64,000 nucleotides of DNA from an uncultured Lachnospiraceae bacterium (lineage in GTDB: Bacteria > Bacillota > Clostridia > Lachnospirales > Lachnospiraceae), in contig CAZYYO010000004.1 of the NCBI GenBank assembly GCA_964650965.1, forward strand, positions 6,221-70,220, in the 5' to 3' direction. Position numbers and translations under genes: made by a program. Every line of letters starts with the position of its first letter. Within the stretch, counting starts at the first letter, position 1. Below are positions 41,251 to 49,855 of the stretch, in pieces. The notes below the pieces were generated by a model. That model did no database searches. It saw nothing but the letters and a program-made list of their open reading frames with translations, and was not told where the DNA came from.

Positions 41251-41979
41251 ATGAAAACTGCTTTTATATCCGGTGCTTCCAGAGGAATTGGACGTGCCAT
41301 TGCTTATGCTTTGGGAAAGGAAGGGTATCATCTGGCCATCTGTTGTGAAAAATCAAGGGAGTTATTAGAAGAAACGGCAAATGATCTTGAAAAACACTAT
41401 CACACACAGGTCTTAACCTACACGGGAAATATTGGAGATGCTGCCTTTGTCTCGGAAATGGGGTTGGATATCATCCAACACTGGGGACACATGGACATTG
41501 TTGTGAACAATGCAGGAATTGCTCATATTGGCCTAATCACCGAAATGGATACAGCCCAGTGGAATCACATGATGGACGTGAACCTTTCCTCCTGTTTCTA
41601 TACCACCAAAGCCTTTGTGCCAGAAATGATCCAACAAAAATCTGGACACATCATCAATATCTCATCTATGTGGGGCACCTGTGGTGCATCTTGTGAAGTT
41701 GCCTATTCTGCTGCAAAGGGAGGAATGAATGCATTTACCCGCGCTTTAGCTAAGGAATTGGCTCCTTCTCATATTCGTGTAAATGCCATTACCTGTGGCG
41801 TCATCGATACGCAAATGAATCAAATGCTATCCGTAGATGAGAAAAGCGAATTAATAGAAGAAATACCCTGGGGACGTTTTGGCACACCAGAGGATGTTGC
41901 ACTGGCTGTTACCTCTTTAATACACAGTCCTTCCTATCTTACTGGACAGATTATCGGTCTGGACGGGGCATATCTATGA
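41251..41979 (+). CDS. SDR-family oxidoreductase (FabG-like)
   Basis: ISGASRGIGRAIA cofactor motif, NNAG, and YSAAK catalytic motif. Start set after GAAGGAGG. Confidence 0.88.
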   Translation: MKTAFISGASRGIGRAIAYALGKEGYHLAICCEKSRELLEETANDLEKHYHTQVLTYTGNIGDAAFVSEMGLDIIQHWGHMDIVVNNAGIAHIGLITEMDTAQWNHMMDVNLSSCFYTTKAFVPEMIQQKSGHIINISSMWGTCGASCEVAYSAAKGGMNAFTRALAKELAPSHIRVNAITCGVIDTQMNQMLSVDEKSELIEEIPWGRFGTPEDVALAVTSLIHSPSYLTGQIIGLDGAYL

Positions 41980-42106
41980 CAGTAAGGTAACCATCCCACG
42001 CAAAATATTCGCGTTTCGCAAATTACATATGCGTTTCGCGTATTCTGGTATGAATTTCCATTTTTTGTTTTATGATTGTGTCATACAAATGAATGGAGGA
42101 CGCAAT

Positions 42107-42469
42107 GTGAAGTTCGGCACTCGATTATCATACTTGCTGGAGATGGAACAAATCTCTCAACAACAGCTGTCACAAGAATTAAATATTTCGCCTTCTACCC
42201 TGAATGGGTATTTAAAAAACCGCCGTCAGCCTGACTATAAAACGTTACAGCGTGTGGCTGCTTATTTTGGTACCTCAACAGATTATCTTCTGGGTATGAC
42301 CTCGGTACGTGAAAGTCCCGCAGGCTCTCTTTCTTCAGAGGAATCTCATTTGGTAGACATGTACCGTCTTATGACGGACACTGGTCAGTCTATGATGATG
42401 GACGAGGCACACCTCATCTGGAGGCATAATAAGAAGCATGGGGAAGACACTGATCGTTTTAAATCTTAA
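42107..42469 (+). CDS. XRE-family helix-turn-helix protein
   Basis: ISQQQLSQELNISPSTLNGYLKNRRQP HTH. GTG start chosen 6 nt after GGAGGA; the ATG at 42089 is an alternative. Confidence 0.68.
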   Translation: MKFGTRLSYLLEMEQISQQQLSQELNISPSTLNGYLKNRRQPDYKTLQRVAAYFGTSTDYLLGMTSVRESPAGSLSSEESHLVDMYRLMTDTGQSMMMDEAHLIWRHNKKHGEDTDRFKS

Positions 42470-42492
42470 TTTTATGTGCAAGCATACATAGA

Positions 42493-42545
42493 AAAAGCGT
42501 TACCAAACGGAATATTTTTTGCTTCCGTCTGGTAACGCTTTTTTC
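42493..42545. terminator. bidirectional terminator between the XRE gene and the ABC transporter operon
   Basis: AAAAGCGTTACCA...TGGTAACGCTTTT stem with flanking A and T runs. Confidence 0.8.
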
Positions 42546-42555
42546 ATTTTTTCTG

Positions 42556-43317
42556 CTATGTTAAATCGTGGTATTTTCCCAGGAACTCCCGGGTTCTTTC
42601 ATTATCTGATTTAAACATCTGCTCTGGCGTTGTCTCTTCTACAATCACGCCCTTATCCATAAAAATCATTCGATCTGATACATCTCTGGCAAAATTCATT
42701 TCATGGGTAACAATTACCATTGTCATATTCTCCTGCGCCAGTTCCTTAATTACCTTAAGTATTTCCAAGGTTAGTTCAGGATCCAGTGCACTGGTAGGTT
42801 CATCAAAGAACAAAATCTTGGGTTGCATCGCCAAAGCTCTTGCAATGGATACTCGTTGCTGCTGTCCTCCGGATAATTGACACGGATATGCAAGCTCTTT
42901 ATCACTTAAGCCCATTTTTCTTAAGAGCTCCCTTGCCTCCGTAATCACCTCATCTTTGTTTCTTTTCTGTACGTTTAATGGTGCATCCACGATATTTTTC
43001 ATTACCGTGTAATGTGGGAATAAATTAAAGTTCTGAAATACAAGGCCAAAATATCCCATTGCCTTTCTCTGCTGAGCCTTTGTTCCATACACAGCATGAC
43101 CAGCCTGTGAAGAAACCACCTTGCTGTCCACATACAGCATCTCCCCATCATCCATTGTCTCTAGAAAGGTCGCACATCGAAGAAGTGTTGATTTTCCAGA
43201 ACCAGAAGGACCAATGATAGAAACCACTTCTCCTTCAGCAACGGTTAGATTAATATCCTTCAAGACATCATTGCTGCCAAAGCTCTTCTTAACATGATTC
43301 ATTTCCAATATATTCAT
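42556..43317 (-). CDS. amino acid ABC transporter ATP-binding protein
   Basis: [24 protein letters not shown] and [10 protein letters not shown], a GlnQ-type PAAT family pattern. Confidence 0.93.
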   Translation of the reverse strand: MNILEMNHVKKSFGSNDVLKDINLTVAEGEVVSIIGPSGSGKSTLLRCATFLETMDDGEMLYVDSKVVSSQAGHAVYGTKAQQRKAMGYFGLVFQNFNLFPHYTVMKNIVDAPLNVQKRNKDEVITEARELLRKMGLSDKELAYPCQLSGGQQQRVSIARALAMQPKILFFDEPTSALDPELTLEILKVIKELAQENMTMVIVTHEMNFARDVSDRMIFMDKGVIVEETTPEQMFKSDNERTREFLGKYHDLT

Positions 43318-43331
43318 TTCTCTGGCTCCTT

Positions 43332-43982
43332 CTAATTATAATAGTTCATTCGCTTCTCAAAATATTCCATAATGGCCGCAACCAGGAAGTTGAAGACATA
43401 ATAGAATACGGCTGCTGCAATAAAGGGCACCATACTTTTCTGTGAAGCTGCCAGCGCTTTCGCCTGGGTGAACATTTCTGCATAGGCAATAGAAAAAGCC
43501 AAGGAAGTATCCTTAACCAAGGTAATCACTTCATTGGTTACGGATGGCAGAATTCTCTTAAATACCTGCGGTAAAATTATTTTAAAGAAGGTCTGGGTAC
43601 TACTATAGCCCAGCACTCTTGCTGCCTCGTACTGTCCCTGAGGCATGGATTCAATACCACTTCGGTATATTTCCGCAAAATATGCTGCATAATTCAATGC
43701 AAATGCAATCACCACCGCATAGGCACGGTATGATGAGTTAATAGAAATACCAAATATGTAATATGGTCCAAAATAAACCACAAGAAGCTGAAGCATCAAA
43801 GGTGTGCCTCTCATAATTGAAATATATATTTTAACAATATTTCTTATGATTGCATTCTTTGACATTCTTCCAAAGGAAACAATCAGTCCCAACGGAAGTG
43901 AAAATAAAAGTGTCAGCAAGAAAATCTGTATGGTTGTCACCATACCCTGTGCCAACTGACTTAACATAACCTGAATACTCAA
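43332..43982 (-). CDS. amino acid ABC transporter permease
   Basis: Five-helix HisM/GlnP-type permease containing EAARVLGYS (EAA loop). Confidence 0.9.
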   Translation of the reverse strand: MSIQVMLSQLAQGMVTTIQIFLLTLLFSLPLGLIVSFGRMSKNAIIRNIVKIYISIMRGTPLMLQLLVVYFGPYYIFGISINSSYRAYAVVIAFALNYAAYFAEIYRSGIESMPQGQYEAARVLGYSSTQTFFKIILPQVFKRILPSVTNEVITLVKDTSLAFSIAYAEMFTQAKALAASQKSMVPFIAAAVFYYVFNFLVAAIMEYFEKRMNYYN

Positions 43983-43991
43983 AATAACCTC

Positions 43992-44771
43992 CTAAGGCTG
44001 TAAGGTGCATACGTCTGTATCAAACCACTTCTCAGAAATTTTTGCAAAGGTGCCATCCTTCACCATCTCAAGAAGTGTAGACTGTACTTCATCTCTTAAC
44101 TTGGTGTTGCCCTTATAGAATCCAACTCCGTACTGTTCTGTAGAAATCTGCTCATCTAAAATTACCAGTTCCCCATTCTTGTCTGCAATCTGATCCTTTG
44201 CAACAAAAATATCCATGGCTACTGCATCTACTGCTCCGGATTCTAAATCCATCAGCGCTGTATTGTATTCGCCAACTGTTAAAAACTGCGCGAAGCTATT
44301 TAATAAGGTCTCATTGTCTTCAATGGCAGACTGTGCAGAGGACTCCTTCTGTGCTTCTACAATCTTACCTGCCAAGCCTGCTAAATCAGTAATCCCTGAA
44401 TTCTTCTTCACTACAACGACCTGAGAATTATCCATGTATGGATCGGTAAATGTGTACTGATCCTCGCGACCGTTCATGGTAAATCCATTCCAGATACAGT
44501 CAATGGTTCCTGATTCTAATTCCATATCCTTAGCATCCCAATCGATAGGCTGTAACACAATTTCCTTGCCCATTCTCTTAGCACATTCTGTTGCAAGTTC
44601 AATATCAAATCCTGTGAATTCTCCATCATCTCCCACATATCCAAACGGTGGGAAGTCCTGATCAAACCCAACGATAAAGGTATCCTCACTTGCTTTCTTG
44701 CCGCAGGCAGCCATGCCAAACATCATACAGCCGGCCATAACCAGTGCTAAAACTTTCTTCATGTTCTTCAT
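43992..44771 (-). CDS. amino acid ABC transporter substrate-binding lipoprotein
   Basis: Lipobox MAACG. Family-3 SBP blocks (GFDIELA, DCIWNGFT). Confidence 0.9.
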   Translation of the reverse strand: MKNMKKVLALVMAGCMMFGMAACGKKASEDTFIVGFDQDFPPFGYVGDDGEFTGFDIELATECAKRMGKEIVLQPIDWDAKDMELESGTIDCIWNGFTMNGREDQYTFTDPYMDNSQVVVVKKNSGITDLAGLAGKIVEAQKESSAQSAIEDNETLLNSFAQFLTVGEYNTALMDLESGAVDAVAMDIFVAKDQIADKNGELVILDEQISTEQYGVGFYKGNTKLRDEVQSTLLEMVKDGTFAKISEKWFDTDVCTLQP

Positions 44772-44972
44772 TTTGTTTCTCCCTTTTCCTCTTTATTTTC
44801 TGTCTTCTTCTGTGCCTGACAGTTTGTCTTTTCACTTTGTAAGCCTACTGTGGCACTTTAGTTGACTAACATGATAAAAAGGTACCATATTCGCGAGGAA
44901 AAGTAAAGATGGGGATTGCAAACTGATGCCCATCACATGAATTTCATCAAAAATATTTTTCACGCATTGCCG

Positions 44973-45001
44973 TTGCCATTATAAGATTTTTTTGATAGAA
45001 T
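44973..45001 (+). promoter_or_regulatory. sigma-A-type promoter for the small toxin-like ORF
   Basis: TTGCCA (44973-44978), a 17-nt spacer, and TAGAAT (44996-45001) with an upstream TG (extended -10). Predicted start near 45008 (GGTGCTACC). Confidence 0.55.
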
Positions 45002-45007
45002 ATACGT

Positions 45008-45268
45008 GGTGCTACCTTGCACGGTAGGCGGTTAGCCCTCTTATGGAGGGTACGCCCTCCAAAGGCACTGTATTTCACAGTGAGAAAGGAGGGATTGCCA
45101 TGGTTAGTTATGCCGAGTTGTTTCAATTTGGATTGTTAATCGTAGCTATTGTTGGTCTTGTTTACAAGATTTCACATAAAAAATAATCGCCCACAAGCCT
45201 GAAAACTTAAGCGATTATTTTTATCAAATAATTTTGAGGGCTGACCGTCTATCGGTAGCACCTTTTTT
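45008..45268 (+). other. predicted toxin mRNA with long-range 5'/3' end pairing and an SD-sequestering helix
   Basis: 5' GGTGCTACC (45008-45016) and CGGTTAGCCCTC (45029-45040) pair with 3' GAGGGCTGACCG (45236-45247) and GGTAGCACC (45254-45262), followed by T6. CCCTCC (45055-45060) is complementary to the SD GGAGGG (45088-45093). An internal hairpin plus U-tract lies at 45182-45222. Confidence 0.45.
45100..45186 (+). CDS. 28-aa hydrophobic peptide, putative holin-like (Hol-Tox-type) type I toxin
   Basis: The ATG is preceded by AGGAGGG at a 6-nt spacing. Peptide MVSYAELFQFGLLIVAIVGLVYKISHKK has one TM helix and a basic tail. It has its own promoter and terminators, plus a convergent antisense unit. 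Confidence 0.55.
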   Translation: MVSYAELFQFGLLIVAIVGLVYKISHKK

Positions 45269-45269
45269 C
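45178..45269 (-). ncRNA. candidate antisense (antitoxin-like) sRNA, about 90 nt
   Basis: Runs from the predicted start just below the -10 to the hairpin AATAATCGC...GCGATTATT (45219-45182) followed by a U-run on the minus strand. Overlaps the last toxin codons and the 3' UTR. Confidence 0.4.
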
Positions 45270-45275
45270 ATCTAT

Positions 45276-45304
45276 ATATTAGAATATAGATAATCATTTG
45301 TCAA
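45276..45304 (-). promoter_or_regulatory. convergent sigma-A-type promoter antisense to the 3' part of the toxin transcript
   Basis: The minus strand reads TTGACA (45304-45299), a 17-nt spacer, and TAATAT (45281-45276). Confidence 0.55.
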
Positions 45305-45341
45305 TATAGAAGAGCTAAATTCTGAAGCTTTGCACTCCATC

Positions 45342-46334
45342 TCATCTATAATTCTTCAGAATCTCCTGCAGATAGTCACGATACCCATCCACCACCTGCT
45401 TAGGTCCTGTAATTTGTATCTGGCTTCCCAAACCTGTAATCCATCCATAAAACTGATTACTCACCTCTACATTTACACGGACAAGAATATGCTCCGCTGT
45501 ATCCAGTGAACACCGCATCGTGACATCTGTACCAAAGCGGTCAATCAGTACTCCTGCCAGGCTTGTGCTGCATTCCAGGCTCACTATTTCCTCCTGACCC
45601 GCATACATGGAAAAGGTTTTCTTAGAATAAGAAGCTATGTCAATCTGGTTTCTCTCTCGTCCTCCGTCCCGTGGCTGGTCCAGTTCACTGGCATTTACCA
45701 TCTTATCTACTCGATAATGACGAATCGACTGGGCGTCACTGTCATATGCCACCAGGTAATAATTCTCATTGTCCCACAGCAGGAAGCTGGGGCTGACCTG
45801 ATACATGGCACCGTCCTTTCTCAATTCCCGCTTCTTCTCTGGTGTCCACTCTGTATACTGAAACTGCAGCCTGTGATTATGATCAATGCATCTATAAATA
45901 ACATCAATTGTATAGTAGATTCCCTCGTTTTCCGTTTTTGCCCGGTCTGCAACTACCACCTGTCGCTGAAGCTGTGTGCCTTCATATTTGCTGGACAGGG
46001 TCTCTAATTTCTTCACCAGTTCTCTGGACTTCTTCTCGGTGATAAACTTAGAAGCTGATACTGCGTCTACCAGAAGCTTTAGCTCAGGAAGTTCAAACTC
46101 CTTACTGGCCAGGTAATACCCTCCCTGGGCATCATCCGATTTCATAATATCCATCCCATACTGAATCAGTATCTCCATGTCAGAATAGATGCTCTTTCGT
46201 TCTGCCTTGATGCCATCCTCTGCCAGGCGTTCTATAATTTGCTTGGTTGTAAGGACATGATTCTCATCTGTTTCTCGATGCAGCATTTCCATGATACGAA
46301 GGATTTTCAATTTCTGATTTCCTGAATTGGCCAT
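45342..46334 (-). CDS. HTH plus WYL-domain transcriptional regulator
   Basis: The N-terminal wHTH (KLKILRIMEMLHRETDENHVLTTKQIIERL) and the central YQVSPSFLLWDNENYYLVAY region fit WYL-type regulators. Confidence 0.78.
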   Translation of the reverse strand: MANSGNQKLKILRIMEMLHRETDENHVLTTKQIIERLAEDGIKAERKSIYSDMEILIQYGMDIMKSDDAQGGYYLASKEFELPELKLLVDAVSASKFITEKKSRELVKKLETLSSKYEGTQLQRQVVVADRAKTENEGIYYTIDVIYRCIDHNHRLQFQYTEWTPEKKRELRKDGAMYQVSPSFLLWDNENYYLVAYDSDAQSIRHYRVDKMVNASELDQPRDGGRERNQIDIASYSKKTFSMYAGQEEIVSLECSTSLAGVLIDRFGTDVTMRCSLDTAEHILVRVNVEVSNQFYGWITGLGSQIQITGPKQVVDGYRDYLQEILKNYR

Positions 46335-46420
46335 AGGTGTTCCCCTCCCCTTTTTTGCTCTGTTACAATCATTGTATCGTTTGTATTCCGCTTTGGCAAC
46401 GAGGTTTTCGGAAATTACCG

Positions 46421-46449
46421 TTGCATTTTCTCCACTCCCATGCTATATT
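46421..46449 (+). promoter_or_regulatory. promoter of the glpA-like operon
   Basis: TTGCAT (46421-46426), a 17-nt spacer, and TATATT (46444-46449). Confidence 0.5.
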
Positions 46450-46486
46450 GTTGTTAGAAAATATTAATAATTTTACCAGAGACGTG

Positions 46487-46538
46487 AGCAAGGTAAGAAT
46501 AGGCGAAGAAATTCGTTCTGTTTTGTCTTGCTTTTTTT
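46487..46538 (+). terminator. leader terminator upstream of the glpA-like operon (candidate GlpP antitermination target)
   Basis: AGCAAG...AGAA..CGAA-gaaa-TTCG-TTCT...CTTGCT nested hairpin followed by T7, located between the promoter and the RBS. Confidence 0.6.
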
Positions 46539-46564
46539 GCGTCCATAAGAGAGGAGATATTCAC

Positions 46565-48022
46565 ATGTATGATGTAGCGATTATTGGTGCAGGTGTTACC
46601 GGAAGTGCCATCGCAAGAGAATTATCTAAATATCGTGTGAAGGCATGTGTCATTGAAAGAGAAGAGGATGTATGCTGTGGCACTTCTAAAGCCAACAGTG
46701 CCATTATTCACGCCGGATTCGATGCCACACCCGGCACATTAAAGGCCAAATTAAATGTACGGGGAAACGAGATGATGGATCAGCTGTCTAAGGAGCTGGA
46801 TGTTCCATTTCATAGAAATGGTTCCCTGGTGGTATGTACCCGCCAACAGGATCCTGCACTTTTAGAAGAACTGTTACGCAAGGGCATTGCCAATGGGGTA
46901 AAGGGTCTTCGAATCCTGCAGCGGGAGGAGCTGCTTCAAATGGAGCCTAATCTGGCAGATGATGTAAGCCATGCATTATTCGCTCCAACTGGTGCTATCG
47001 TATGTCCCTTCCATCTAACCATGGCTCTGGCTGAAAATGCCTGTGACAACGGGGTAGACTTCTTCTTAAATACCAGTGTTACTAACATTGAAAAGCAAAA
47101 TCGCTCCTATCTGCTTCATACAAATAAGGATGTGATTGAGACCAAGGTTGTAGTAAATGCTGCCGGCGTCTATGCAGATCTCTTTAATAATATGGTAAGT
47201 GAGCATAAGCTCACCATCATTCCAAGACGTGGACAGTACTGTCTGTTGGACAAATCTGCCGGCACTCATGTCAGCCATACCATCTTCCAGCTTCCCAGTA
47301 AAATGGGTAAGGGCGTTCTGGTTACGCCAACGGTTCACGGGAATCTGCTGGTTGGTCCCACCGCTGAGGATATTGACAATCGCGATGGAGTAAACACCAC
47401 AAGCCAAGGTCTTGATTCCTTGGCACCAAGAGCTTCTGAAAGCGTTAAAAATCTTCCAATGCGACAGGTCATTACCAGCTTTGCCGGATTACGAGCTCAT
47501 GAAGTAAATGGTGACTTTGTGATAGGGGAGGCTGCAGATGCCCCTGGATTTATTAACGCCGCAGGAATCGAATCTCCCGGCCTGTCCTCCGCTCCTGCGA
47601 TTGGAGAAATGGTGGCACAGCTGGTACAAAGCATCCTTTCACTGGATCCTAATCCTGATTTCAATGGTCAGCGGAAGGGAATTCTGAACCCTGAAAAGCT
47701 GTCACTAGAAGAGCGAAACCAACTGATTAAAAAGCAGCCCGCCTATGGCAACATTATCTGTCGCTGCGAAATGATATCCGAGGGTGAAATTCTAGATGCC
47801 ATCCACCGTACTTTAGGCGCCCGTTCCCTGGATGGTGTAAAACGAAGAACTCGCGCCGGAATGGGAAGGTGTCAGGCAGGCTTCTGTTCTCCACGTACCA
47901 TGGAGATTCTGGAGCGGGAGATTCCTATGAGCGTCTTTGACATCACCAAGTCCGGAGGTGCATCCAGGATTGTCTATGGATATAACAAGCAAATACAGGA
48001 GGCAGAACATGAAAGATTATGA
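46565..48022 (+). CDS. FAD-dependent glycerol-3-phosphate dehydrogenase-like oxidoreductase with C-terminal BFD-like [2Fe-2S] domain
   Basis: IIGAGVTGSAIA dinucleotide fold and C-terminal CRCEMISEGE...CQAGFC. Start set at MYDVAII after GAGGAG. A leader terminator lies upstream and glpP downstream. Confidence 0.82.
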   Translation: MYDVAIIGAGVTGSAIARELSKYRVKACVIEREEDVCCGTSKANSAIIHAGFDATPGTLKAKLNVRGNEMMDQLSKELDVPFHRNGSLVVCTRQQDPALLEELLRKGIANGVKGLRILQREELLQMEPNLADDVSHALFAPTGAIVCPFHLTMALAENACDNGVDFFLNTSVTNIEKQNRSYLLHTNKDVIETKVVVNAAGVYADLFNNMVSEHKLTIIPRRGQYCLLDKSAGTHVSHTIFQLPSKMGKGVLVTPTVHGNLLVGPTAEDIDNRDGVNTTSQGLDSLAPRASESVKNLPMRQVITSFAGLRAHEVNGDFVIGEAADAPGFINAAGIESPGLSSAPAIGEMVAQLVQSILSLDPNPDFNGQRKGILNPEKLSLEERNQLIKKQPAYGNIICRCEMISEGEILDAIHRTLGARSLDGVKRRTRAGMGRCQAGFCSPRTMEILEREIPMSVFDITKSGGASRIVYGYNKQIQEAEHERL

Positions 48023-49286
48023 TTTGGTAATTATTGGTGGAGGTCCTGCCGGTCTGGCAGCTGCCATTGCGGCAAGAGATAACGGTGTCCAAAGTATATT
48101 GATTCTGGAACGGGATAAGGAACTGGGTGGTATTTTAAACCAGTGTATTCACAATGGATTTGGTCTTCATACCTTTAAGGAAGAGCTGACTGGTCCGGAA
48201 TATGCTGCCCGCTTTATTCAACAGGTTCAGCAGCGAAATATTGCATACAAGCTAAACACCATGGTAATGGATATTTCCAATACAAAGACAGTTACTGCTA
48301 TGAATAGTGTAGATGGCATGTTCACTATTTGTGCCAAAGCCATCATTCTGGCTATGGGCTGTCGGGAACGCTCCAGAGGTGCTCTTAACATTCCCGGTTA
48401 CCGACCAGCGGGTATTTTCTCAGCCGGTACTGCACAGCGATTAGTAAATATGGAAGGTTATATGCCAGGAAAACGTGTTGTCATCTTAGGCTCCGGTGAT
48501 ATTGGACTGATTATGGCAAGACGAATGACCTTAGAAGGTGCCAAGGTTCTGGCTGTTGCTGAACTTATGCCTTACTCCGGTGGTCTCAAGCGTAACATCG
48601 TGCAATGCCTAAATGATTTTGACATTCCATTATACCTGTCTCATACAGTTATTGATATTCAGGGCAAGGAGCGGGTAGAAGGAATTACGATTGCGCAGGT
48701 AGGCAACGACCGGAAGCCAATCCCCGGAACGGAAATTCACTACGATTGTGACACCTTACTTCTGTCCTGCGGTCTAATTCCAGAGAATGAATTGTCTGCC
48801 AACTCGGGTGTGGAACTTAGTCCTATTACATCCGGTCCTATTGTAAATGATGCATTAGAGACAAATATTCCAGGAGTATTTGCTTGTGGGAATGTACTGC
48901 ATGTACATGATTTGGTTGATTTTGTATCTCAGGAAGCTTCCAATGCCGGAAGAAATGCTGCCCGATATATTCAAAATGAAAATGGATATGACGAAAAATC
49001 TCAGAAAGCAAGACCTATTGAAATAAAACCTGTGGACGGAGTTCGCTATACCGTTCCCAAATATATCCGACCGGAAATGATGGACGAGAATCTAACCGTT
49101 CGGTTTCGTGTAGGTCAGGTGTATCAAGGATGTGCCATCGCTACTTATTTCGGAGATCAGCTGATTTCCAAGAGAAAACGTCAGGTAATGGCACCTGGGG
49201 AAATGGAAGAAGTCAAACTTACCAAAGAGCTGTTTACAAAATATCCGGATACGAAAGAAATAACCATTAGGATTGAGGAGGCATAG
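48009..49286 (+). CDS. NAD(P)/FAD-dependent pyridine nucleotide-disulfide oxidoreductase
   Basis: IIGGGPAGLAAA and ILGSGDIGL dinucleotide folds. Start overlaps the upstream stop by 14 nt. Confidence 0.82.
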   Translation: MKDYDLVIIGGGPAGLAAAIAARDNGVQSILILERDKELGGILNQCIHNGFGLHTFKEELTGPEYAARFIQQVQQRNIAYKLNTMVMDISNTKTVTAMNSVDGMFTICAKAIILAMGCRERSRGALNIPGYRPAGIFSAGTAQRLVNMEGYMPGKRVVILGSGDIGLIMARRMTLEGAKVLAVAELMPYSGGLKRNIVQCLNDFDIPLYLSHTVIDIQGKERVEGITIAQVGNDRKPIPGTEIHYDCDTLLLSCGLIPENELSANSGVELSPITSGPIVNDALETNIPGVFACGNVLHVHDLVDFVSQEASNAGRNAARYIQNENGYDEKSQKARPIEIKPVDGVRYTVPKYIRPEMMDENLTVRFRVGQVYQGCAIATYFGDQLISKRKRQVMAPGEMEEVKLTKELFTKYPDTKEITIRIEEA

Positions 49287-49288
49287 GG

Positions 49289-49654
49289 ATGGAAACAAGA
49301 GAATTAACCTGCATTGGCTGTCCTATGGGATGCAGCCTTGTTGTAACAATGGAAGGAAATCAGGTTACAGACGTAACCGGCAATACCTGTAAACGAGGAG
49401 ATGTGTATGCCAGAAAGGAAGTCACTAATCCCACACGTATTGTAACCTCCTCGGTGAGAGTCCACGGTGGCACCTTAAATATGGTGAGCTGTAAAACCAA
49501 AGAGGATATCCCAAAGGGTAAAATCTTTGATGTTGTACACGCCCTAGAGGCAGTGGATGTAAATGCTCCTGTTAACATTGGAGACGTATTACTGTCAAAT
49601 GTATGTAATACAGGTGTAGACATTGTGGCTACTAAAAATGTAGCCGCAAGATAA
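49289..49654 (+). CDS. DUF1667 domain protein
   Basis: CIGCPMGC...TCKRG cysteine pattern. It is the third gene of the clostridial glpA-like trio. Confidence 0.75.
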   Translation: METRELTCIGCPMGCSLVVTMEGNQVTDVTGNTCKRGDVYARKEVTNPTRIVTSSVRVHGGTLNMVSCKTKEDIPKGKIFDVVHALEAVDVNAPVNIGDVLLSNVCNTGVDIVATKNVAAR

Positions 49655-49700
49655 AGCTTTTTTGAGGGAAGAAGATGGATTCCATCTTCGAAAAGGGGTA

Positions 49701-49770
49701 AGGTCTCCTGTAACTATGGTACCAGGATTTGGGGAAATCCTGGAAGAAACCATATTGCAGGGGACCTTTT
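49701..49770 (+). terminator. large intrinsic terminator after the DUF1667 gene
   Basis: AGGTCTCCTGTAACTATGGT...ACCATATTGCAGGGGACCT outer helix with an inner CCAGGATTT-gggg-AAATCCTGG, followed by TTTT. An extended -10 (TGATATAAT, 49772-49780) follows directly. Confidence 0.7.
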
Positions 49771-49855
49771 ATGATATAATGAGTGCAAGAAAGCCATGGT
49801 GAGCTTGCTCACCTTTGGCGACAACAAACGCGATTCTTTAAATGCTACGTAAATT

